Shown here: positions 11,345-24,289 of the stretch, piece after piece | Layout of the letters: the number at the start of each line of letters is the position of its first letter | Numbering within the stretch: position 1 is the stretch's first letter | Assembly (NCBI RefSeq): GCF_044704955.1 | Contig: NW_027252026.1 | Span: 62,001-126,000, forward strand | Direction of reading: 5' to 3' | DNA from: Pristiophorus japonicus | Taxonomy: Eukaryota | DNA: 64,000 bases | The notes under the pieces: generated by a model | The model's database searches: none | Told to the model about the DNA's origin: nothing | The model's input: only the letters and a program-made list of their open reading frames with translations | Position numbers and translations under genes: made by a program

Positions 11345-14300
11345 TGTTATATATGTAAACTTGTATTTACTCTACAGCCACCAGAGGGCTTATCCCCTGG
11401 AGTCCCAAGGGATCCCTTAATCCCTTCGGAGCACAGGTATTTAAGGAGGCCTCACAGGTTGGAGAGGCACTCGGGAGACTTGCAATAAAAGACTAAGGTC
11501 ACACTTTACTTTGAGCTCACAGTGTTCAATCTGACTCTTTCTCCATACATAACTACTGGCGACGAGATACAGATAGCGAACCCAAAGATGCAGAGAACTG
11601 GGCATCCTGGAGTAATTCTCGGAGGGAGATGATTGGGAAACTTTTGTGGAGTGACTCGACCAATACTTCGTGGCCAACGAGCTAGATGGGGAAGAGAACG
11701 CTGCCAAATGAAGGGCAACCCTCCTCACCGTCTGGGGCACCAACGTATGACCACGTGAAGAATCTGCTCACCCCAGCGAAACCCACGGAGAAATCATACG
11801 ATGATTTGTGCACACTGGTCCAAGAGCATTTGAACCCGAAGGAAGACGTTCCGATGGCGAGGTACCGGTTCTACAGCGACAAAAGGTCTGAAGGCCAGGA
11901 AGTGGCAAAATATGTCTCCGAGCTAAGACGCCTTGCAGGACATTGCGAATTTGAAGGACATTTGGAGCACATGCTCTGAGACTTTTTCATATTTGGCATT
12001 GGCCACGAAAACCATACTTCGCAAACTTTTGACTGTAGAGACCCCAACCTTGAGTAAGGCCATAGCGATAGCCCAGGAGTTCATTGCCACCAGTGACAAT
12101 ACGAAGCAAATCTCTCAGCACACAAGTGCTGCTACAAGTACGCAAATCTCTCAGCACACAAGTGCTGCTACAAGTACTGTAAACAAAGCAATGTTGTTTT
12201 TGAATCGTAATGTACAGGGCAGGTCACACACACCTGCAGCTGCACGTCCACAGATGTCTGAGTTCACCATCGAGGGTGATGAATGCAAGGCCATTAACAC
12301 CTTGTTGGCACTGCGGGGGTAATCATCTTTTCCATTCATGCCGATTCAAAAAGTACGTTTGCAAGGGCTGTGGAACAATGGGACACCTCCAACGAGTGTG
12401 CAGGTGAGCTGCAAATCCTGTCAAACTTGCAAACTACCATGTTGCAGAGGAGGACGGATCAACGGAGGATCACGACGAACCAGAGTCTCAGACCGAAGAC
12501 TCAGAGGTATATGGGGTGCACACATTTACCATGAAGTGTCCCCTGATAATGCTGAATGTTGAACTAAATGAACTCCCGGTGTCAATGGAGCTGGACACGG
12601 GCGTGAGCCAGTCCATCATGGGCAAAAAGACTTTCGAAAGATTGTGGTGCAACAAGGCCTCATGGCCAGTTTTAACTCAAGTTTGCATGAAACTAAGAAC
12701 TTAAACAAAATAACTTATTCCTGTAATCGGCAGTGCTACCGTAAAGGTCTCCTATGATGGAGCAGTGTGCAAGCTACCACTCTGGGTGTTACCAGGCAAT
12801 GGTCCCACCCTGCTTAGCAGAAGCTGGCTGGGAACGACATGCTGGAACTTGGACAACATCCGAGCGCTATCGCCTGCTGACGACACTTCATGTGCCCAGG
12901 TATTAAACAAGTTTCCTTTGCTGTTCAAACCAGGCATCGGGAAATTCCAAGGAGCAAAAGTGCAGATCCACCTAATTCCGGGGGCTCAACCCATCCATCA
13001 CAAGGCGAGAGCAGTACCGTACATGATGAGAGAAAGGGTAGAGATCGAGCTAGACCAGCTGCAAAGAGAGGGCATCATTTCACCGATCGACTTCAACGAG
13101 AGGGCTACTCCTATCGTCCCAGTCCTCAAAGGAGACAGCACCGTCAGAATCTGGCGATTACAAAGTAACTATCAATCGTTGATCCCTGCAGGACCAATAC
13201 CCACTACCAACGGCCGACGACCTCTTTGCAATGCTGGCGAGAGGAAAGACGTTCACGAAGCTGGATCTGATTTCAGCCTACATGACGTCGGATCTGGAGG
13301 AATCATCGAAGGCCCTCACCTGCATCAACACGCACAAAGGTCTTTTTGTTTATAACACATGCCCGTTTGGAATTCGATCAGCGGTGCCGATATTCCAGAG
13401 AAACATGGAAAGCTTACTGAAGTCGGTCCCACACACTGTGGTCTTCCAAGATGACATCTTGGTCACAGGTCGGAACACAGACGAGCATCTGTAGAACCTG
13501 GAGGAGGTTCTTAGTCGACTCAACCGCGTGGGGCTCAGGTTAAAATGCTTGAAGTGCATTTTCCTGGTGCCTGAAGTGGAGTTCTTGGGAAGGAGAATCA
13601 CGGCAGGCGGCATCAGGCCCACCAACGCGAAGACGGAGGCAATCGAGAACGCACCGAAGCTACAGAACATGACGGAGCTGCGGTCGTTTCTGGGACTCCT
13701 GAACTACTTTGGTAACTTCTTACCGGGTCTCAGCACACTGTTCGAACCATTGCATGTCTTACTACGAAAAGGGGACGAATGTGTTTGGGGCAAAAGCCAA
13801 GAAAATGCTTTTGTATAAGCGAGAAAATTGTTATGCTCAAACAAATTGCTTGTGTTGCATGATCTATGTAAGCGTTTGGTACTGGCATGTGATGCGTCGC
13901 CATATGGCGTCGGTTGGGTACTGCAGAAGCCAATGATTTCGGGAAACTGCAACCGGTTGCTTATGCATCCAGGAGTCTGTCTAAGGCTGAGAGAGCCGAC
14001 AGCATGATTGAAAAAGAAGCGTTGCGTGTGTCTATTGGGTAAAGAAAATGCATCAATACCTGTTTGGGCTAAAATTCTAATTGGAAACTGACCATAAGCC
14101 ACTTACATCCCTGTATTCCGAGAGTAAAGGGATAAATACCAACGCATCGGACTATCACGTTGTCCGCATACAACTACGCCATCCGCCACAAGCCAGGCAC
14201 AGAAACTGCGCCGATGCTCTCAGTAGGCTGTCATTTCCCACCACGGGGGTGGAAATGGCGCAGCCCACAGATCTAGCCGTGGTTATGGAAGCATTTGAGA

Positions 14301-15883
14301 GTGAGCAATCACCTGTCACTGCCCGGCAGATCAAAACCTAGACAAGCCAGGACTCCTTATTATCTCGAGTCAAAAGCTGTGTGCTTCATGGGAGCTGGTC
14401 CAGTGTCCCAGTGGAAATGCAGGAAATGATTAAGCCATGGCAGAGGCGCAAGGATGAAATGTCTATACAGGCAGACTGCTTTCTGTGGGGCAATCGAGTA
14501 GTGGTCCCCAAGAAGGGCAGAGACCTCCACTGACCTCCACAGTACCCACCCAGGCATCGTAATGATGAAAGTGATAGCCAGATCCCACGTGTGGTGGCCC
14601 GGTATTGATGCGGACTTAAAGTTCTGCATTCACAGATTCAATATATGCTCGCAGTTAAGCAATGTACCCAGGGAGGCGCCGCTAAGTTTATGATCTTGAC
14701 CCTCCAAACTGTGGTCTAGGGTACACGTCAACTATGCAGGTCCATTCTTGGGTAAAATGTTCCTTCTGGTTGTAGACGCGGATTCCAAGTGGATTGAATG
14801 TGAGATAATATCGGCGAGCATGTCTGCTGCCACCACTGAAAGTCTGCGGGCCATGTTTGCCACTCACGGCTTACCCGATGTCCTGGTGAGCAACAATGGT
14901 ACCCGTGTTTTACCAGTGCTGAGTTCAAAGAATTCATGACCCGTAACGGGATCAAACATGTCACATCTGCCCCGTTTAAACCAGCATCCAATGGTCAGGC
15001 AGAGAGAGCAGTGCAAACCATCAAGCAAGGCTTGAAGAGGGTAACTGCAGACTTGCCTACCCTGCGTCCTGCTTAGCTACCGCACGAGATCCCACTCGCT
15101 CACTGGGATCCTACCTGCTGAACTGCTCATGAAAAGAGCACTTAAGACAAGGCTCTCATTAGTTCACCCTGATCTACATGAACAGGTAGAGAGCAGGCGG
15201 CTTCAACAAAGTGCATACCATGATAGGGCAAATGTGTCATGCGAGATTGAAATCAATGATCCTGTTTTTGTATTGAATTATGGACAAGGTCCCAAGTGGC
15301 TTCCCGGAACTGTCGTGGCCAAAGAGGGGAGTAGGGTGTTTCGGGTCAAACTTTCAAATGAATTCATTCACCGGAAACGCTTGGACCAAATCAAACTCAG
15401 ATTCACGGACTATCCAGAGCAACCCACCTTGGACCCTACCTTTTTTGACCCCCCCAGCATACACACCAGCGGCAACCGGCACCACGGTTGAGCACGATGC
15501 AGAACCCAACACATCAGGCAGCTCAGCAAGGCCAGCTGCACAGCAGCCCTGCGAGGGCCCAACAAATGATTTAACAATATCAGCTTTTACACCGAGACGA
15601 TCAACCAGGGCAAGAAGGGCCCCAGATCGACTCACGTCGTGAATAGTTACACTATTGACTTTGGGAAGGAGTGTTATTTTTGTAAACTTGTAATTACTCT
15701 GTACAGCCACCAGCGGGCTCATCCCCTGGAGTCCCAAGGGATCCCATAAACCCTTGGGAGCACAGGTATTTAAGGAGGCCTCACGGGTTGGAGAGGTACT
15801 CTGGAGACCTGCAATAAAAGACTACGGTCACACTTTACTTTGAGCTCACAGTGATCAGCCTGACTCTTTCTCCATACATAACA
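11345..15883 (+). mobile_element. Full-length but decayed Ty3/Gypsy LTR retrotransposon (Mag-like)
   Basis: LTRs at 11345-11554 and 15672-15883. PBS TGGCGACGAG fits a tRNA-Ser 3' end. Gag has two CCHC knuckles, protease ELDTG, RT VFQDD, then RNaseH and integrase (VVDADSKW). PPT present, TSD AACTA/AACCA, many stops and frameshifts. Confidence 0.95.
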
Positions 15884-16204
15884 AACCACACTGCCAATTT
15901 TTGTATCATCTGCAAACTTCTTAATCATACCCCCTACATTAAAGTCCAAATCATTGACATATACCACAAAAAGCAAGGGACTGAGTACTGAGCCTTGCGG
16001 TGCTCCACTGGAAACAGCCTTCCAGTCACAAAAACACCCATTGGCCATTAATACACTTTGCTTCCTACATCTGAGATTTTTTGGATCCTTTATTTCTTCC
16101 TTTTTCCTCAACCATGGATGCCCCTCTATCATGGTTAACATGGCCCTCAACTGTGTCCATTCTATTTCCCTCATTATTCCCCAACCTGCTCGACCTTTCT
16201 TCAT

Positions 16205-17290
16205 GTGACAATCCCTTCATCTCAGGAATCAACCTCGTGAACCTTCTTTGAACTGCCTACAATGCAAGTATGTCCTTTCTTAAATAAGGAGAGCAAATCT
16301 GTACGCAGTACTCCAGGCGTGGTCTTACCAACACCCTGTACAGTTGTAGCAGGACTTCCTTACTGTTATAGTCCATCCATTTTGCAATAAAGGCCAACAT
16401 TCCATTTGCCTTCCTAATTATTTGCTGTACCTGCATGCTATAACCTTTTGTGTTTCATGTACAAGGACCCACAGATCCCTCTGTACCGCAGCATTTTGTA
16501 ATCTCTCCCCATTTAAATAATAATTTAATATCCTTCAGGACTGGGGCAGCTTGGTCAGTAGTGGTGCTACCGAGCCACTCTTGGTGATGGACATTGGAGT
16601 TCCCCACCCAGAGTACATTCTCTGCCCTTGCTGCTCTCAGTGCTTATTCCAAATGGTGTTCAATATTCAAGAGTACTGATTCATCAGCTGAGGGAGGGCA
16701 GTCGGTGGTAATCAGCAGGAGGTTTCCTTGCCCATGCTTGACCTGAAACCATGAGACTTCATGAGGTCCTTAGTCAATGTTGAGGACTCCCAGGGCCACT
16801 CCCTCCCAACTGTATACCACTATGCCATCACCACAAGTGGTTCTATCCTGCCGGTGGGAGAAGACATACCCAGAGGTGGTGATGGAGGAGCCTGGGACAT
16901 TGGCTGATAGATTTGATTCCGTGAGTATAACTGTCAGGTTGTTGCTTGACTAGTATGTGGGACAGCTCTCCCAATTTTGGCACAAGTTCCCAGATGTTAG
17001 TGAGAAGGACTTTGCAGGGTTGGCTGGGCTGGGTATTCCTTTGTCGTGTCTGAAGCTGGTGCTGAGGTAGATGCTGGGTGGTCTGTCCGGTTTTATTATT
17101 ATTACTGTTTTTAGAGCCTAGTTAAGAGTTAACCATATTGCTGTGGGACTGGAGTCACATATAGGCTAGACCGGGTAAGGGCGGCAGATTTCCTTCCCGA
17201 AAGGACATTAGTTTAGGTTTTTACGACAATCATGGAGTTTCATGGTGACCATTACTGACATTAGCTTTTTATTCCAGATTTTATTTATTT
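16205..17290. mobile_element. Mixed LINE remnants: CR1 RT piece (minus), endonuclease region of another CR1-like family (minus), 3'-tail fragment
   Basis: PRLEYCVQ-type coding sequence at 16290-16330 and PKLGELSH..VKQQPD on minus at about 16930-16985. Confidence 0.55.
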
Positions 17291-17309
17291 ATGTAATTAC
17301 TGACCGAAT

Positions 17310-17750
17310 GCGATCAAGCTTGACTCCTAAATAGGAGGGTTTTGGGCATGGTTTACCTCAGTGCTGCAAAAGGAGACTTGATGGGTGTTGAGGTGGAATG
17401 AGGAGGTGTCAGTCTCTTGATTTGTCCGAAGTTGCCATCGGTGGAAGTAAGCCTCCATTCTCTGTAAACAACTGGTAAGGGTCACTTCGGTGATGGACAG
17501 CCTCTCCAGCACTTTATAACTAGTACAGAGGAAGGAGATTGGGCAGTAGCTGGAGGCTTCACAAGTGTTCTTCCCCTGCTTCAGGAGGGCAATTAATTTA
17601 GTCTCCCTCCAAACCAGTGGAATTTTACCGGTTGCCAGTACCTCAGAGAAGAAGGAGATCAACCATCTCTTCGCTTTGGGTCCCAGTGCTTTTAAGAATT
17701 CGGGATAAACACCATCTGGACCAACAGCTTTTCCAGGTTTGATTGTCGAC
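17310..17750 (-). mobile_element. Non-LTR RT fragment, Ingi/Vingi-like
   Basis: KAVGPDGVYPEFLKALGPKAKRWLISFFSEVLATGKIPLVWRETKLIALLKQGK..YCPISFLCTSYKVLERL, with an internal deletion. Clade call is from motif recall only. Confidence 0.6.
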
Positions 17751-17822
17751 GGGGTTATTTTTGTACTGACTTAAGACTGGATCAAAATTCTGAAACAAAA
17801 GGTAGATGCAATCCATTAACAT

Positions 17823-17828
17823 TTTATT
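17823..17828 (-). promoter_or_regulatory. Candidate polyadenylation signal of the V-V-TM gene
   Basis: AATAAA on the minus strand about 540 nt after the predicted stop, near the end of the unique sequence block. Confidence 0.4.
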
Positions 17829-18366
17829 CTGAAGGGTTGGTTTGATTTGGCTTAACTCATTATATTGACATGAATTGCTATATTGGCATCAATCACTAAC
17901 TTAGTTTGAATTACTATATTTGATATAGTTACCATGTATGTCGAGTTGGAATCCGCTTGAAGATCACTTGATTTCTGTAATTTAAAACAAATGTTTGGAA
18001 TCAGACTGAATCCATTAACTGAGTCCATGTAGCTTGTCTGTCTCATCGGAGAACTCTGCAATGGGTGGTGTGATCTAATCTGTGAGACAGGCTTCTGAAA
18101 TGAGGAGAGTAACTCTCTCTGATATTTGCCGTGATACTTCTCCACATGGCTACAGATTGGTACAGGCAGCTTTCTCCGAGGGCCATAGGTGGAATGGCAA
18201 TATCTGCTCCATCACTCCTCTGAAGCCTGAGGTGGCTCACATGCACCTGATCCTTGGGCCTGAACGTCACTGCGAATATAGCAGATGCTGTAGAGCTTGG
18301 TGCCCGATGCAGGGTGTAATAAGCCTGCAGCTGAGCCCCAGTCTGTCAGGTGAGTGAGAGAGGCTT

Positions 18367-18390
18367 TTAAAATGGATTCTGCTTTTTCAC
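18367..18390 (-). pseudogene. Exon 7 coding part: VKKQNPF*, followed by a putative 3' UTR
   Basis: Acceptor atgtgctttgtag|GTG AAA AAG CAG AAT CCA TTT TAA, phase 0. Unique sequence follows down to a minus-strand AATAAA at 17828-17823. Confidence 0.6.
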
Positions 18391-18509
18391 CTACAAAGCA
18401 CATATATTCTGCTTGTTTCATTTAAAACAGCATGTGTTCTACCTGTTCAAAATAAACCCTGTCCAAGGGCAGTTGTGATAGCTACTGATGTTGCCCCCAT
18501 AAAGACATG

Positions 18510-19690
18510 ACATAGGATTACATCGGATATATGGCACAGAAACAGGCCATTTGGCCCAACCAGTGCATGCCAGCGTTTATGCTCCACTCGAGCTTCCTTC
18601 CATCCTTCCTCATCTAAATTTATCAATATTGCCCTCTATTCCCTTCTCCCTCATATGCTTGTCTGGCCTCCCCTTAAATACATCGATAGTATTCGTTTCA
18701 ACCACTCCCTGTGGTAGCGAGTTCCACATTCTCACCATTCTCTCGGTAAATAAATTTCTTTTGAATTCCCTATTGGATTTCTTGATGGCTATCTTATATT
18801 GATGGCCTCAAGTTATGCTCTTACCCACAAGTGGAAACATTCTCTATCCACTCTATCAAAACCGTTCATAAATTTAAAGCCCTCTGAGACTACCCCTCAG
18901 CCGAAGTTTTTCAAGAGAAAAGAGACCTAATCTGTTCATTCATTCTTGATAGGTATACCTTGCATTTCTGGTATCATCCTTGTAAATCTTCTCTGCACCC
19001 TCTCCAGTGCCTCTTTATTTCCTTGTTATATGACGACCAGAACTGTACGCAATACTCTAAGGGTTAGAAATTCAATTTTGTTTTAATACCGCTATGACTC
19101 TGCTACTGCTACGAGGCCTAACATTCAGGATAAAATGCGCCCAGGGGTAAAAATCGGCGTTGCACAAGGATTCGTGGCGCAAATCGCAAATTTGCTGCAA
19201 CTTTTCTCCGAGGCCGATACCGCTACGAGTTGGGCCTAGGGAGGGTGGAAAACACCCCCAAAAATTGCAAAAGAATAAAAAAAATCACAAGACACTTAGC
19301 TATCGAAAATAATTTAAAAATAAAAACTGTAACTTACCTTTTTTGCAGGTCTTCATACCTACCGCTGTTCCAAGGGCTGCAACGCAGACGGGAGCGCTGA
19401 GAACCAGAGGACACAGATTTAAGGTGATTGGCAAAAGAACCAAAGGCAACATGAGGGAAAACTTTTTTACGCAGCGAGTGGTTGGGATATGGAATGCGCT
19501 GCCTGAAAGTGGGGTGGAGGCAGATTCAGTTATGGCTTTCAAAAGGGAATTGGATAAGTACCTGAAGGAAAAAAAAATTGCAGGGCTACAGGGAACGGGC
19601 GGCTGTGTGGGACGAGCTTAAGTGCTCTTCCAGAGAGCCAGCACAGGCTCAATGGGCCGAATGGCCTCCTGCGCTTTAACTATTCTATGA
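18510..19690. mobile_element. CR1 3' fragments (minus 18510-19060, plus 19400-19690) flanking a GC-rich non-coding repeat
   Basis: RTRGHRFKVIGKR..NFFTQRVVGIWNALP motif. Confidence 0.75.
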
Positions 19691-19991
19691 CTCGAATTGG
19701 AAAAACTCAGTGTTTCAACTAGTGTACTGTATAAGGGCTTCATTGGGCTTCCTTTTAAGGTAAGATGTTGACACTATGGTCTAAAGGGATGTGGGCATGA
19801 AAAACCTCAAACCAGCAGAAGTGTTGTATGCAGGATGCAGAGTAAGGGCTCTACTCTGGTCAGGATCTGCAGAGCTTGTATATTGAGACCACGTTCCCAA
19901 CAAATAGTTCTGTGTATTTGGACCAATGCAGTGGTGGGAATTGGGAGTTCTCTGTATGAAGGGAGTCCTATGTTACCGGCCTGATAGTTAC

Positions 19992-20330
19992 CTCCTTGGA
20001 GAGATGAGGTTTAATCTGTCTTTGGTTTGCATAGAGTTCAGAACCAGTCGGTGCCAATAAAGTCTTGTTGCTGGTTGGTGGTGCTAAATTCTTAAAGGGT
20101 AAAAAGCACCTCAGTGATGATTGGGGCTGGTGACCTCTTGGTGCCGACTGATGCTGGTGAGTCCATTGTGTTGGTTGAAGTTGCTGATCCTTCAGTTCTC
20201 GGCAATGCTGGTGTTTCTCTAGCACTTGTTCAGTCTTGCTTTGTCCTGAAATGAAGCGTCTAGTTTGGTATTTTCTGGAGGTACATGCTTCTCTGTTGGC
20301 AGATCTCAACTCCTTGGGCTTCTGGGAAAA
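19992..20330 (-). pseudogene. Exon 6: long cytoplasmic exon FSQKPKEL...GSELYANQRQIKPHLSKE
   Basis: Acceptor tttcttgctttccttttttcag| and donor GAG|GTAACT. It is 339 nt, open, phase 0-0, inside ORF 19968..20408. Q/P/S-rich, contains YAN. Confidence 0.78.
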
Positions 20331-21359
20331 CTGAAAAAAGGAAAGCAAGAAATCCAGATAGGTCACTTTAGGCAACAGCATATTTGGTACTTTAGTGTCT
20401 CTCAACAATCTAAGGTGTCTGTCTTGGCTCAGTTGGTAGCATTCTCATCTCTGAATCAGAAGGTTGTGTGTTCAACATAAGAACATAAGAATTAGGTACA
20501 GGAGTTGGCCATTTGACCCCTCGAGCCTGCTCCGCCATTCAGTAAGATCATTGCTGATCTTCGACCTCGACTCCACTTTCCCGCACTATCCCCATATCCC
20601 TCGATTGCCTTAATATCCAAAAATCTATCGATCTCTGTCTTGAACATACTCAACGACTGAGCCTCCACATTCAAGTCTAGAGAACGATCTCTGTGCTGGA
20701 ACGGACAGGCCCAAAGCTCACCCAATATCGGGCTTCTCATTTACACCAAACCGACGAGCTGCAGACACCTGCTCGGATCTCCCCAGGCAGCACGGCGTTG
20801 AAGAGTATTTGAATTTGTGGTTACTGCATCAGGTATAGGTCTCGGGAGAAGGGGATGTGCCCGGGAGAGGGGGGAATCTGGACAGGTAGGTGGGTGGGCA
20901 CTCCTGCACCTGTCGGCTCCACATTCATGAAAGCATTTATTTTAAACTTGCCCTTTTGCTGGTGGCCTCCAGCGGCTCCATTGAGGGGCGCTGGTTAGGC
21001 CGCAGGAAGACCTGGTTTTCTTGAATGCAGCCGGCCTGGTGCCAGCTGTGTTCAGGCAAACCAGTTTGGTAAAGGAAGCATCAACCAGGCACTCGGCCCC
21101 TGATTTGCAAACGCAAAGGACTAATGGCTGTTTCAGACGTGGGCCTTGGATGCCTCTTTTGATGCCTATACCAATATGGTGGGCGGCGCACACCCAACGT
21201 GGAATGTACACGTGCTGCTTGACCACTACACTGGACATTTTGGCGCCCGTTTTATGCCTGTAAAATGGATTCAAAGTCATCGAATTTCTTGGCCCTAATG
21301 CTTTAAATACTCCAGAACATTAACAAAAGGCTGGCACTGGGCCAACCAACTCGACTCAC

Positions 21360-21433
21360 TTGTGAGCGTCCGGGAAGGGAGGTATTTTTATAATCGCGTG
21401 CTGGCAATGTAGTAGCAGTGTGGACAGACGGGG
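21360..21433 (-). pseudogene. Exon 5: cytoplasmic exon (S)PSVHTATTLPARDYKNTSLPGRSQ
   Basis: Acceptor gatttcctttacag| and donor CAA|GTGAGT. It is 74 nt, phase 1 to 0, exactly what is needed to bridge exons 4 and 6. Contains YKN. Confidence 0.8.
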
Positions 21434-21953
21434 CTGTAAAGGAAATCACAGAATGTCACCAACACCGAGTGTAGATAGGAACACGCAAACATGGAGGTTG
21501 GGGAAAGGCCATTGCAGTCCATTGGGTGGTCCCAAAGTTCACAAAAACCCAAACTGTACTGTCGTCCATAGCCCAAAACACTTCTTTCACCAAAAGAATC
21601 TACTCAGCTCCCTCTTGAATTCACTAATACTCTCACCTTTCAATGACTCAAACAATAGAAAAATACTAAGCATGCTGGAAATCTGAAATAAAAACAGAAA
21701 ACGCTGGAAATACTCACAGCACCTATGAATGCCCATCTTTCCCTGGCTGTGTATTTGCTTAAAAACTGTCCATCTCTAACCCCTTCCAGTTCTGACAAAA
21801 GGTCATCATCCTGAAACGTTAACTCTGTTTCTCGCTGCACAGTTGCTGCTGATCTGCAGAGTATTTCCAGTATTTTCTGTTCTTATCCCTTCAATGACTA
21901 TGGGCAGCTGATCCAGATGTGGTAGTTACCGTGAAATATTTATTTAAACGTAC

Positions 21954-22088
21954 AGGATTGCAGTTTCCCGAACCATGCCTGTCTGATACAGAAGACAAGA
22001 GCAACTCCAGCAATGAGAGTAAGTCCCAGCACAGCCCCCACACTGATCCAGACAATCCTCAGGTCTTCATCCATTTGCACGTTAGGAT
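21954..22088 (-). pseudogene. Exon 4: transmembrane exon (N)PNVQMDEDLRIVWISVGAVLGLTLIAGVALVFCIRQAWFGKLQS
   Basis: Acceptor ctctcactttcacag| and donor T|GTACGT. It is 135 nt, phase 1-1, with about 24 uncharged hydrophobic residues followed by R and K. Not in the ORF track. Confidence 0.88.
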
Positions 22089-22230
22089 CTGTGAAAGTGA
22101 GAGGGACATGTAAGGGACTGGACTAACAGAATAAGGTATTTGCCATCAAATATTGGACCTTTACCAGCCCTGATCCACAAGGTGATGTCAGACGCAGATA
22201 TAATATTATTACAATGTGAACTGTACTTAC

Positions 22231-22556
22231 TGGTTACATTGAGCTGCTCCCACTGATATCTCCCCACACATTACAGTAATAGGCGGCAGTGTCACTGGGC
22301 TGCACATTTGTGACTGTCAGAATGAAGCTGTTATTGGAGGTGTCTCTGGAAGGCTGGAGACGGTCAGTGGAACCTGGGCTCCCTCGTGTGCTGCCACTTG
22401 CCTTCTGTGTTAAAACCCACTCCATATCTTGCCCCGGTAGTTGCCGGTACCAGTGCACATCGGTGTCACTCACTCTGGAGTGCCGCATGGTGCACTGTAA
22501 CCGCGCCGTGTGACCCTCTGTGACACGTTCCAGGCCCGGAGACTGGATAACTACTC
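22231..22556 (-). pseudogene. Exon 3: V-set Ig domain 2 (VJ type) with a frameshift in the J-like strand
   Basis: Polypyrimidine acceptor ...tttccccttaaag|, then GVVIQSPGLERVTEGHTARLQCTMRHSRVSDTDVHWYRQLPGQDMEWVLTQKASGSTRGSPGSTDRLQPSRDTSNNSFILTVTNVQPSDTAAYYCNVWGDISG. QLNVT follows in another frame, then A|GTAAGT. Length is 326 nt, not a multiple of 3; by comparison with V1, about 7 nt of the GxGT coding stretch is missing. Confidence 0.92.
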
Positions 22557-23449
22557 CTTTAAGGGGAAAGGAAAGATAGAAATAGCTTGAAGACCATCGA
22601 CAGATGGGGAGGTGTCCTACGTGCTTAAATGCAAAGCACAATATTGCATTGTTCAGCAAAATCAATTCCAATAATTAACTCGTAGAGTTAGTTCATTACT
22701 AATTCATGAGAAGAGAAACCTTTTAATGCAGAGCTTGTATTGAACTATTGGCACCATTGGGAGATTTGAACTCATGACGGGTTGCTAGTCCAGTCCCATA
22801 ACCATTAGCCTAGCGGTTACTGTACTGGACAGTCTCCTTCCAATCAGTAATGATAGAAGGATTCATCTGTAGTGCCATCAAGCGACACCTACTCATTAAT
22901 AGCCACCTCTCTTTCCGTTGAGTTTCCACTTCAGCCATTCAGCTCCAGATGTCATAACAGCCTTGATGCAAACATGGACACAAGGCAGCTTTCCAATCTG
23001 TATGGCACCAAAGAGCCTCAACAAAATTAGGTAAATGGCCTGTAGCTGAGGCCATACCTAACACACAGGAAGATGTTTTGGTTGTCAGAGGACAATCATT
23101 TCAGCCCTGGGACATTATGCTTCGTTCCTTTGTCCCAACCATCTGCAGCTGCTTCATCAATGAATTTCCCTCCATCATAATGTCAGAAGTGGGGCTGTTC
23201 ACTTGTGATTTCCACAGCAGACCCTGGACTACATCTAGGCTTGGGTTGACATTTGGCAGGTAACATTTGTGGCCTATCAATTGGCGCATTGAATTTACAA
23301 TCCTCTTCCTCGCTGGAAGAGGAACCAGTGCTGTGGTGTAGGATTTAAATTCACATCATGTGGGGGGGCGGGCAATGAAAGAACAAGATAAGGAAACAGA
23401 AAGGAAAAAAAATGGACAAGGAATGTAGGAATAAGGAGTGGCCGTAGGT

Positions 23450-24260
23450 TCTATTAAGTCGGCCTGAGATGGCAGGCGGGGCCTCAGTTTAATGTTCATC
23501 TGAAAGACGGCACCTCCGACAGTGCAGCACTCCTTCAGTACTGCCCCTCCAACAGTGCCATACTCCCTCAGTACTGCCCCTCCGACATTGCAGCACTCGC
23601 TCAGTACTGCCCCTCTGACAGTGCCATACTCCCTCAGTATTGCCCCTCCGACAGTGCAGCGCTCCCTCAGTACTGCACCTCCGACCATGCAGCACTCTCT
23701 CAGTACTGCCCATCCGACAGTGTAGCACTCCCTCAGTGCTGCCCTTCCAACAGTACAGTGCTCCCTCAGTACTGCCCCTCCGACAGTGCCATACTCCCCT
23801 CAGTACTGCCCTCCCAACAGTGCAGCGCTCCCTCACTACTGCCCCTCCGACAGTGTAGCGCTCCCACAGTACTGCCCTTCCAACAATGCAGCGCCCCTCA
23901 GTACTGCCCCTCGGACAGTGCCTTTCTCCCTCAGCTGCTCCCCCGACAGTGCCGTACTCCCTCAGAACTGGCCCTCCGACTGCAGCGCTCTCTCGGTATT
24001 GCCCCTCTGACAGTGCGGTGCTCCCTCGGTACTGCCCCTCCGACAGTGCAGCATTCCCTCAATACTGCCCCTCCGATAATGCGGCGCTCCCTCAGTGCTG
24101 CCCCTCCGACAGTGCGGCGCTCACACAGTGCTGCCCCTCCGACAGTGCAGCGCTCCCTCAGTACTGTCCCTCCGACAGTGCAGCACTCCCTCAGTACTGC
24201 CCCTCCGACAGTATAGCGCTCCCTCAGTACTGCCCCTCTGATAGTGCAGCACTCCCTCAG
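23450..24260 (-). repeat. Deu-SINE-derived 33-bp minisatellite (about 22 copies)
   Basis: Same unit as 636-858 in reverse, anchored on SINE sequence (gaaagacggcacctccgacagtgcagc). Confidence 0.9.
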
Positions 24261-24289
24261 GAAGGAAGGATGTAATCGGAGATTGATAG

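Larger units (their letters stand above)
9915..16070 (-). mobile_element. CR1 LINE (minus) interrupted by a solo LTR and a full Gypsy element
   Basis: [20 protein letters not shown] at 10904-11194 and PQGSVLSPLLFVVYVNDL..KFADDTK at about 15890-16030. The sequence is continuous across the 11345-15883 insertion. Confidence 0.85.

Noticed and set aside
12106-12177. In-frame 36-bp tandem duplication in Gypsy gag (QISQHTSAATST twice)
   Set aside because: Real, but an ordinary slippage event in a dead element.
17852-18421. Long minus-strand frame with a single stop (GEKAESILK...) as a coding exon, and + strand ORF 18082-18357 ending at CAG|GTGAGT
   Set aside because: The upstream exon ends in phase 0, which gives VKKQNPF* instead. 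Neither alternative resembles a protein I recognise, so the region is treated as 3' UTR.
22170-22270. Rearranging V gene segment with a downstream RSS (TCR or Ig locus)
   Set aside because: No CACAGTG heptamer follows YYC in either V exon. Each continues into a J-like strand and a GT donor.
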